This document shows positions 1-10,800 of a DNA stretch of 59,758 nt, in pieces; position 1 is the stretch's first letter, and each line of letters starts with the position of its first letter. Below the pieces are notes generated by a model. That model made no database searches, was not told where the DNA came from, and saw only the letters and a program-made list of their open reading frames with translations. The DNA lies in contig NMRA01000431.1 of assembly GCA_002633005.1 (NCBI GenBank), positions 1 to 59,758 on the forward strand, written 5' to 3'. The DNA is from Phoronis australis. Lineage: Eukaryota; Animalia; Phoronida. Position numbers and translations under genes: made by a program.

Positions 1-182
1 GTTACTGTATCTATGTCTATGTCCAGTTGAGAGTAGTTTTGTTCCGAAAGTATGAACGCAACGGAATGAAGACTGTGAACAATGAAAAGTGTCGTGCATT
101 TAACAAATTCTATATAAATATGTGGGCACATAAAAATTAAGAAAGTGACCATTCATCTACACACTTGTTTGCACACGTGTTG

Positions 183-1342
183 AATAGTCCTTTTGCGAGT
201 TTATAACAATAACGCGAGATTATGTGAGACTCAACTGTGACGTCACGGGAAGTGGGGCAATAGCTTTTCGTTTGGCCATTTGCCCAATACGGTAGCAGAG
301 TGTATTCTGTTATTCTCTTCGAGTTTCTAGCCGTTTAGTTCGAAAAATGCCAAACAAGCATTGCTGTTATGGCTAATGAAATTCAGATTCGCACTACAAT
401 ACGTTCAATCGCGTTCTGTGCTAATTTCGTCCCGTGTATTTTAAACGGGAGGTAGGCGAAATCCGCTCACTGATAAGTTTTCACCTCGTCAAAAAATACA
501 TTCTACACCTAAAATTATCACCTGAAACTGCGCTTACTTCCTTCAGTGATCCTTTCTGCTTCTAAACATATCTTCGATGAAGCATAGCTACGGGAATTCA
601 GGTGACTTTGGCGAAGAATTCCAACTCCACTTTGTGGGTAGCCTACTGTTAACTTTGACCCAGCGCGATAACCAAAAAGTATTTCGACTGAGTCAGGGGA
701 GTGCGAGGCAAAGGCTAGCGCGAGACTGAGCGAAGTGCGAGACCTGGCGCGTGACACTTGCAAAATAGCATGAGAAAATATCAGGTGAAATTTGTAAGAT
801 TTGTCTCCCTTGGACTTTTTTTCGTCAACAGGCGTGATTTCACGTAACTTCCTCAAAATGGCGCCCCGTGAGAAAGCGAGCGAACCGCGAGGTTTTCATG
901 GATATGTTTAAGTTATTTGTAGACTAAATTGTATCCAGAGTCAGAGTATGTGTTAATTATAACTCCATGTGCTCATATGCATGTTTCATTTGATTTTATT
1001 TGCTGTATTTGAAGTGAGTAACCTTTTATGGGGATACACTATCGCCCCTGTATGCCTGCAGCATTCAGGCCTAGACTGGGTTGAGTTCCAATTTCAGTCC
1101 GTTCACACCTTCGCACAACATAACAAGTTCACATTTTCTTCGTCCATTCACAGTTATTCCACGATCCATCTACCATCTCTAAAGTTGTGTTAACGTTTTA
1201 AGCGTAAAATTCACCATAAGAACTCCAGTAAGATTTAGCGTGTGTAGCAAAGACTCGGGGCAAAACAAGAGCAATATGGCGGGTTTTGCCCCCCTTCCGG
1301 TGACGTCACATTGACTAACGAGAAACTCGCAAGTGAGCTATT
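183..1342. mobile_element. Unclassified element with imperfect terminal and subterminal inverted repeats
   Basis: Left AATAG..TTGCGAGTTT...TCAACTGTGACGTCACGGGAAGTGGGGCAA; right TTGCCCCCCTTCCGGTGACGTCACATTGA...AAACTCGCAA..CTATT. Confidence 0.6.
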
Positions 1343-1731
1343 AAGGAAACTCGACATTAATAGCTTCCACAAGGGGCAAACTGACTCTGGTCTCCTCTGT
1401 GCTACTGAATATGTCACAGAGCATAACTGAACACTGATGGGGGAAATCAAAATCATCCACAGTCATATCACAGGAATTAAAGATAGGATGATAACTTCTG
1501 GTACATTTTCACATTAGATTTTATAGCAATGTTATGTATTACCACATACGTTATTTCATTGTCTATTGAACTAAGAATTTGTCACTTGGCATAATTCAAC
1601 TTTACTAGGGTCAACCAGATTCAAATTCACTTAAAGAACGAAGAATATTTTACATTATTAACATAAATAAGCTAAAAACACTTTGGAAACACCCGAATCT
1701 GGGACTGAGTTTCAATGGTGACTTTACATAC

Positions 1732-1869
1732 CTTGGGAACTGAGTAGTACAAGTGAGGAGGGAGATGTGTTGGTTGACACTCAAAGGTCACCGGGTCACG
1801 CTCAACATGAGGGTGTTGGGGGGCTAACTCAAGAGCCAACTCTGATGACTGATGCGAGCTCGAGAGCTT
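1732..1869 (-). CDS. INO80: INO80 coding exon 25 (last in window)
   Basis: KLSSSHQ...[18 protein letters not shown], resembling C..TELPSFLCVASPR; gtatgt donor. Confidence 0.85.
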
Positions 1870-4800
1870 CTGAAAAAGCAAGTGAAACATGTAACAATGG
1901 CAAAGCGTTCATGTTCGCACTCACGCAGATTGAAGAAAATGTTGGATCAATACAAAACAATTGTAATACAATGTGCGATGTTATTCAAACCACAGCAAGT
2001 TTCTTTTTAGCAAGTGAATTTCTTGTATACTTCTAATTGACCTATCGAAAGCTCCACCCACTTGCGAAATGTTGACAAACAAACAATAAATTTTTACTGG
2101 CAACGAGTTGTCTGTTGGGTAAAATGGTGACATGGAAATGAAGGTGTGTCAAGAATAGGTCAATTCTATTTCCCATCCTACAATTAAGGGCTGTTCCAGC
2201 AAAATCTGTATGGGAGGGGGGGAAGGCACTTTTATTTCGTACCCACCGCCCATATTTTTCATTTATTTCTCCAACCCATGACCCATAATTTTTTAATTAT
2301 TTTTATTATGTTAAAATATAAAATCCAACACTTGCAAACAAATTGCCTCCAGGAGGACCTGTTAAGAACTTAGATGATTGACAGACAAGAACTAGTTGTC
2401 TTGTCCAATATTGTCAAAAACTAAAGTAGCCTGTGAGCAATACTTTTGGCAGCCACCAGGTGTCTCTGTTCACCATGTGTCTATAATTTCAATGAAAATT
2501 TTTTTCAATTATAAGGATCTATGAATCTCAAACTGTCTCCACAAACTCTTTTATACTTCTATGTCAAGTGAATATTGGAACTTGTTTATCTTACTCATAC
2601 TTTTTATTTAAAAATCATCAATTTTCTTATATGTGTTAACACCAGTTTAGTGTTGCATAACTTTTCAATTCAATAGGACTGCAGACAAACAGTTAGCTCA
2701 AATCAAGTTGCCCATGACTTGATTAATAGCTTAGTGAACATATTGCACTCCGTTCACTGGCAATATGGGCTTTTTTGTATTGGGATAAGTTAGGATATAT
2801 GCCAATTGCATTTTTTGAGTTTTGATTTCTTTGGAGATGTGTTGGGCTGAAGTAACCAACCTGTCAGAATTAACAGGTCAAAAAATACCACCCATTTTTA
2901 ATGCATCACTTCTTACAGGAATGACCACCCATAATTTGAGTTTTTTTCTGAAGACCACCACCCATGAATTTTTATTTCTACTGCCGTCCCCCCCCCTCCC
3001 ACACGGATTTTACTGGAACAGCCCTCAGTGTAGATATGTTGGATGAAGCTTTTTCACATGGCCATTAACTACGTACCTTGACAGGTGATAAGGGCAACCC
3101 TTTCTTGCCAGAGGAACTCTTTGTGGGCGACAGCGGCAGTGACTTGAGCAGCTTGGCACGGATGTGCTTCTGACGAATTTTACGATGGCCTATTGTTTCA
3201 GGAATGCTATGAAAGACGTGGTCAGTGTGAGTATGGAAGGTCGAGGTGTGGCTGGCAAACACCAGGTGGCGTAAGTTGTCACTTGTCGTGATGTTAGCGA
3301 AGTAAGTTGTCCTCTGGGGTGCCAACAGGAATTCTCTGTTAGTGCAATACCTGAAATCACAGATTCAAAGTATTATGTTCCAGTTTAATTGTAAAAGAGT
3401 CAAGTCCTTCTTTCTAGTGTTTTCTACCTCCATCGACCTGGTGCTTCAAAACTGTTCATTTAAGATATTTTTAATTTTCAGCTATTTTTGAAGAGAACTA
3501 AATGCCCAAAATCCGTAACATCTGAAAACTCCCATGCAGTGATTAAAAGTGCGCAGAATACGCTTTAATCCGTAACAGCTGCCAGTCCTGTAAACCCATT
3601 TTTTTCATGCATGTCTAATCAAAATCAGACTAACCTATTAACTATACATGGTCTAGAAATGAAACAAGTCAACACGCTTAAGTCGCCCTTGGTATATTAA
3701 ACCTAGTAATATTCAAACCTTCAGACAACCATACAAGGATAAGTAACGCTTAATTCGTCCTTGTTTTTATAAGCCCAATGACCATTGATTTTTTTACTTC
3801 AGACAACAGTACAAAAATAATATTACAGTACATGCAACATAAAATGAACTATGACAGCAGGGGATCAGTAATCCAAAAACACCTGACTCACCTGTACTTA
3901 ATCTCGTCAACCTCTTGCCAGGTATGATGGTGGTGAATCCTGTAGGCTTCCTTTAGCCAGAGGAAAACAGCTAACCACCTGATGGAAATAAGCACGCGGT
4001 GGTTATTAGAAGTAACACGTTTATTAACAAAAAAGAGAACTGAAGTAATATGACTTCTTGTAAACAAGAGCAACGCAGAGCGTTGAAATGCGCCCACAAT
4101 TGCACCGCATACGGTATCCTTCTAGGGTTGTTTATTGGTACCATAAAGTGGCCAGTAGAGGGCATATATGTAATATGTTGTACTTAGCAAAATGGAAAGG
4201 CATGGTCATTGTCTCCTCAATAGGCTAGGGGCAAAATGTGAGTAATCTTCATAATACAAGCACATCCTATACACCAGTTGCTTAAAGCACCACAGAAACA
4301 TAGAATTAAAAACAAATTTACCAACATACGAGATTAGCACAGCACTAGAATGCCAGAAACAAATTTCTACTTGGAACTTTTCCTTCATAGTCACGAAGTA
4401 ACACAAAGTATACACCTGAAGACCTATGAAAATACAGAGGTCAATGTAAAATACTAAAATTGCCACTAGAGGCAAACACTAAAATTGCCACTAGAGGCAT
4501 ACCGGTAGTCAGAATCATCCTAAAGTCGTCATCGTCCGTTGTCAACATCACATAAATACACTTGCTAAATTTAGTAAAGATCCTGCAAACGGTTTGGGAG
4601 ATACAGCCATGGGCGCAAAAAAACAAAACTGCCACTAGGAGGCGCCACAGTAGTCCAAATCGTCTGAAAATCATTGTCAGCTGTCTTCCTTATAGTAAGC
4701 ACATACACGCCAATTTTCACAATCATCCTTTGAGCGGTTTGGTTGATAGAGGGGTGGACGCAAAAATACAGACTCGAAAACAGTAAAAATGGCCACTAGG

Positions 4801-7800
4801 TGGCGCAAACTACGTCGAATCCATCTGAAAACAGTAGGATAGCGTCATCTCACTAATAGGTGCCTACATACCAAATTTCATGAAAATCCGTTCAATACTT
4901 TTGAAGATACAAAGGTAAGCGTAAAAAACTAAAATTGCCACTAGGGGGCACACCGGTAGTCGGATCCGACCAAAAGTCGTCATCTTCCGTTGTTAACATC
5001 ATATAAATATACTTACACAATTTGTAAAGATCCTGCGAACGGTTTAGGAGATACAGCCATAGGCGCAAAAAAACAAAACTGCCACTAGGAGGCGCCACAG
5101 TAGTCGAAATCGTCGGAAAATCATCGTCAACCATCCTCTACATAGTAAGCATATACATGCCAATTTTCACAATCATCCTTTGAGCGGTTTGGTTGATAGA
5201 GGGGTGGACGCACAAAAACAGACTCGAAAACACTAAAAATGGCCACTAGGTGGCGCAAACTATGTCAAATCCATCTGAAAACGGGAGGATAGCGTCATCT
5301 CACTAATAGGTGCCTACATACCAAATTTCATGAAAATCCGTTCAGGACTTGTGAAGATACAAAGGTAAGTGTAAAAAAATTAAAATTGCCACTAGGGGGC
5401 ACACCGGTAGTCGCATTTGTCCGAAAGTTTGCACATGCCGTCCCATTCATGAATGGAACATATGCGCCAAATTTCATGAACGTATGTCAAAGGGTTTTGG
5501 AGATAGAGCAGCGGACACCGGACGCCGCCCGGACGGACAGAGATGACGGCATAATGCGTCCACATATAAATATGTGGGCGCATAACAAAACTGACTGAAT
5601 ACATGATTTGCCAGAGTACAGTTATAAATCAAACAGCCAAGAACAAACATCACAATATAGAAGATTCCATCCAAATATTTCAGTAGTTAGATACTCCCCA
5701 TTAGTGCAATTTACAAAGGATTGATGTTGATCAACTGAAGCACAAATGCAAGGTGTTAAGATGTATTGGCTACAGTCACATACCTAACCAGTAATCCTGC
5801 CAACATTATGGACTCCATCTCACCAGGGGATATGTTAATGAACCGGAGAAAGGAAAAGCAGCGACTTGTACCTGTGTCTGCAAAAAGACATAAAAAGATG
5901 GGATAACAAGAAGCTGTCCAGATGAATATTATACTAGAGTTTAAGGCAACCTATATTAAGACATGCTATTTCAACACAGCTAACTGCAGTTTTGTGATAG
6001 GTATTTATGGACTGACTAATATGGCCAATACTCATAACAAATGTCAATTATGACAAAAGAATTCCATCATTCGAATTTATTTGACCATTGACTTTAAAAT
6101 GTTTGCACAAATATAATACCTCCTTCATCAGTGGGATATGTAGATCTGTGAATGTGGTCAGCTCTGTGAACACAGAAGACATTCTCTAGGAGACGACGTT
6201 TACTAGGTAAAGCTTTACTAAGAGTACCTGGAATCAAACAAAACATGAGTGATGCAGTACTGTTAATTAGTTGAACACAAATGACATTTTGTGAAATAAC
6301 TTTTGAATTTGGAGTCCACATTTGAAAGAAGTCTGCCAAATTTTTTATGTGCAGAGCCAATATTCGTGTTATTTTTAACTCACAACACACACCTCACATC
6401 AAGCTGCCATCAGACATAGAAGATACCTTAAACCAGATGGCACAATTTAAGGAAATACTACTTGTGTTTGCACTAGTTTTGCAGAGGATACTATCTGCTC
6501 ACAAAACTAGAAATTCAATGATATTCAGAGGATTATCTCTGCAAATAGGCCCCTGCGCTCAGCTCCCTTAGCTGGTACACAAGAAATTGAGATCAGTATT
6601 ATAAAAGCAAGCACATTTGACTTTTGATAAAAGTGAATTCCTTTATTTCCACATTCAATATTCACCACAAAGCAAAAAACAGCTGAGTAACCATGACACA
6701 ACCATTCTCAGCAAGCATAAACCAGCCTATTTCGTGGACTTACCATCCCTGTAAATAAGTTTAGGTATAAGGAACAGCTCCTGTTGGAGGTGGAACGGTG
6801 ATCGTATCTCACGTCTCTCAAATAACTCAGGATGGTTACACACCTGGCAAAATGAACATTTGTTTGAGAACACCAGGGGAGCAACAGGGCAAATGCGGAC
6901 AAAATCCTATCACTATTATCAGGACGGAAAACATCTAATGGAGTTTCAGAAAAAAAACATTATCATGTCAACATTAAACAACATGAAATCCTAGAAAGAT
7001 CGTCACAACCAAAATATGACCATAACGTTGGGTTTTCTGAAAATTCTGACCTTATTTCTTTTTTAAGAAAGAGAAACACTTCTGGTCATAAGATTTAAGT
7101 TTTAAGGCACTTTTCATGAAATGGTCCCCCCCTCTTTATAAATACATTTTTCAGTACTAAGTGTCCAAACGAAGAGTATTGCCACCTTTCTGAACTGCAT
7201 GACCAGGTTCATCAAGCTACTGGTGCTGTTCTGTGCTTGTGATGCATTGTTGGATGACTGTAACAAGTCTTCAATACGGATCTTGTTTTTGATTGCCTGA
7301 TACAGGTAGCGCTGGCGTGTAGTCAGTGGGCAGAAGACCAGCACTTCGATCTAAAGTAAATTAATTTATATTCCCGTGTTAACATCCATACTAATTATTT
7401 CATGTCTAGTTATAAATTCAACGCAGAGACTAAACAACAAGTGAGGTGCTCTACGCAAATAAGATCAAACCCTGACTGAGAGTAATGGGCATATGACACT
7501 AATAAACAGAAAGTTTGTAACATCGTCACCTAGTTGTGTAATCTCCCATATGATGCACGGCCCAATCTGTGAAAACCCCACACAAGGTGTAACAGACATC
7601 ATACACGCATATAGTAACTCACTAATGACAAGATGTCAGCACAATTGTGACTCAACTGCACTGTGTTACTACACCTAACTACTGGTCTAGAAACATCTAT
7701 TACACAATTCAAAAATGGTAAAAAACACATGAAAAATGTGACAACAGGGGATAACATGGACTGCTTCTGGAAAGAAACACATAAATGGAACAAGCTGACG

Positions 7801-10800
7801 TGACACGATACGATTATGAGCATCAAAACCAGTAATTCATAACTAAAGCTAGCAGGCAAAACACAAACAGCACAGATGAAGTAGTGTCAGCTGGCCGGCC
7901 AGAAGACTACCTTGTCTGACAACTCGTTCTCAACATCTTTCTTCACTCTTCTCAACATAAATGGTTTAAGGATCATGTGGAGTCTTGATAGTTGATCTGC
8001 AACACACCAGACCCTTTGTTTACAAAGTGATGGGCAAATGCCATGTAGGTTACATGTAACACTGCAGTGATTGGACAGCGCATGCCTTATCAAATATGTT
8101 CATCACTGTCAAATGCTCACTTAAAACAGAAGAGGAAATATGTGGATGTCATAATTAAAATTTTAATGCAGTCATTCTTTCCAGCTTATTCAGGAATCGT
8201 ATCTCGACTTTTACAAGAAAATCAAGTCTAAAGGACGCTGTGTTTTCAACAAGTTGCACATAATTTGTAAAAAGCGAAGCCATTACCAAACACAAAGATA
8301 CACTAAGACAACAAAACATGGGAAAAAGACAAAAACAGAAGAATTATTGAATGCATAATTGCATTTTTTCCCTATGAAACAATTTCAAAGACTTTGGGCT
8401 CAGTGCTAAAATAGTTTGATATTATTACGCAATTGTATTGTTAGTACTGGTATTAGTTTAAGGCAACAGTTTCCTTACTTTCATCAATGCCAGACTGTAT
8501 TGTTAGTACCGGTATTAGTTTAAGGCAACAGTTTCCTTACTTTCATCAATGCCAGACTGTTTCTCGGCGTGACTCTCTATGTCCTTGGAAAACCACTCGT
8601 TGAACTCTTCGTGGGAGTCGAACAATGTTGGCATGATAAAGTGTAGCAAGGCCCACAGCTGCAACACAAACATTATCATGAAGAAGAGGTGCAACACAAA
8701 CATTATCATGAACAAGCGCTGCAAGACAAACATTATTATGAACAAGAGCTGCAAGACAAACATTATCATGAACAAGAGGTAAAACACAAACATTATTATG
8801 AACAAGAGCTGCAACAAAAACATTATCATGAACAAGAGGTGCAACAAGCTGCGAGCACTTGCAGTGGAAGACTAGAAATCTGGTACGAGAACATACAGAC
8901 AATTAAAGATGAGGTCATAAAGTGAACTCTGATGGAAAGTGTGTAAGTGTACATAGAGACATAGTGAGACTATCAATGAACATAGAGAGATAGTGTGACT
9001 ATCAATATACATAGAGAGATTGTGTGATTATCAATGTACATAGAGAGATTGTGTGATTATCAATGTACATAGAGAGATAGTGTGACTATCAATATACATA
9101 GAGAGATTGTGTGTTTATCAATGTACATAGAGAGATTGTGTGATTATCAATATACATAGAGAGATAGTGTGACTATCAATGTACATAGAGAGATAGTGTG
9201 ACTATCAATGTACATAGAGATGGTGTGATTATCAATGTACATAGAGATTGTGTGATTATCAATGTACATAGAGAGATTGTGTGATTATCAATGTACATAG
9301 AGAGATAGTGTGTGATTATCAATGTACATAGAGAGATAGTGTGATTATCAATGTACATAGAGAGATTGTGTGATTATCAATGTACATAGAGAGATAGTGT
9401 GTGATTATCAATGTACATAGAGAGATAGTGTGACTATCAATGTACATAGAGAGATTGTGTGATTATCAATGTACATAGAGAGATAGTGTGATTATCAATG
9501 TACATAGAGAGATTGTGTGATTATCAATGTACATAGAGAGATAGTGTGACTATCAATGTACATAGAGAGATTGTGTGACTATCAATGTACATAGAGAGAT
9601 AGTGTGATTGTCAATGTACATAGAGAGATTGTGTGATTATCAATGTACATAGAGAGATAGTGTGTGATTATCAATGTACATAGAGATTGTGTGATTATCA
9701 ATGTACATAGAGATTGTGTGATTATCAATGTACATAGAGAGATTGTGTGATTATCAATGTACATAGAGAGATAGTGTGTGATTATCAATGTACACAGAGA
9801 GATAGTGTGACTATCAATGTACATAGAGATAGTGTGTGATTATCAATGTACATAGAGAGATAGTGTGATTATCAATGTACATAGAGAGATTGTGTGATTA
9901 TCAATGTACATAGAGAGATAGTGTGACTATCAATGTACATATAGAGATTGTGTGATTATCAATGTACATAGAGAGATTGTGTGACTATCAATGTACATAG
10001 AGAGATTGTATGATTATCAATGTACATAGAGATAGTGTGTGATTATCAATGTACATAGAGATAGTGTGACTATCAATGTACATAGAGATAGTGTGACTAT
10101 CAATTTACATAGAGAGATTGTGTGCAATTATCAATGTACATAGAGAGATTGTGTGATTATCAATGTACATGGAGATTGTGTGATTATCAATGTACATAGA
10201 GAGATAGTGTGATTATCAATGTACATAGAGAGATTGTGTGACTATCAATGTACATAGAGAGATAGTGGGACTATCAATGTACATAGAGAGATTGTGTGAT
10301 TATCAATGTACATAGAGAGATAGTGTGTGATTATCAATGTACATAGAGATAGTGTGTGATTATCAATGTACATAGAGACATTGTGTGATTATCAATGTAC
10401 ATAGAGATTGTGTGATTATCAATGTACATAGAGATTGTGTGATTATCAATGTACATAGAGAGATTGTGGGATTATCAATGTACATAGAGAGATTGTGTGT
10501 GATTATCAATGTACATAGAGATTGTGTGATTATCAATGTACATAGAGATTGTGTGATTATCAATGTACATAGAGAGATTGTGTGATTATCAATGTACATA
10601 GAGATTGTGTGATTATCAATGTACATAGAGAGATTGTGTGACTATCAATGTACATAGAGAGATAGTGTGTGATTATCAATGTACATAGAGATTGTGTGAT
10701 TATCAATGTACATAGAGAGATTGTGTGACTATCAATGTACATAGAGAGATAGTGTGATTATCAATGTACATAGAGAGATTGTGTGATTATCAATGTACAT

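Noticed and set aside
518-856. 112-aa minus-strand ORF as an INO80 exon or separate gene
   Set aside because: No similarity to the next expected INO80 segment, and it lies inside a TIR element.
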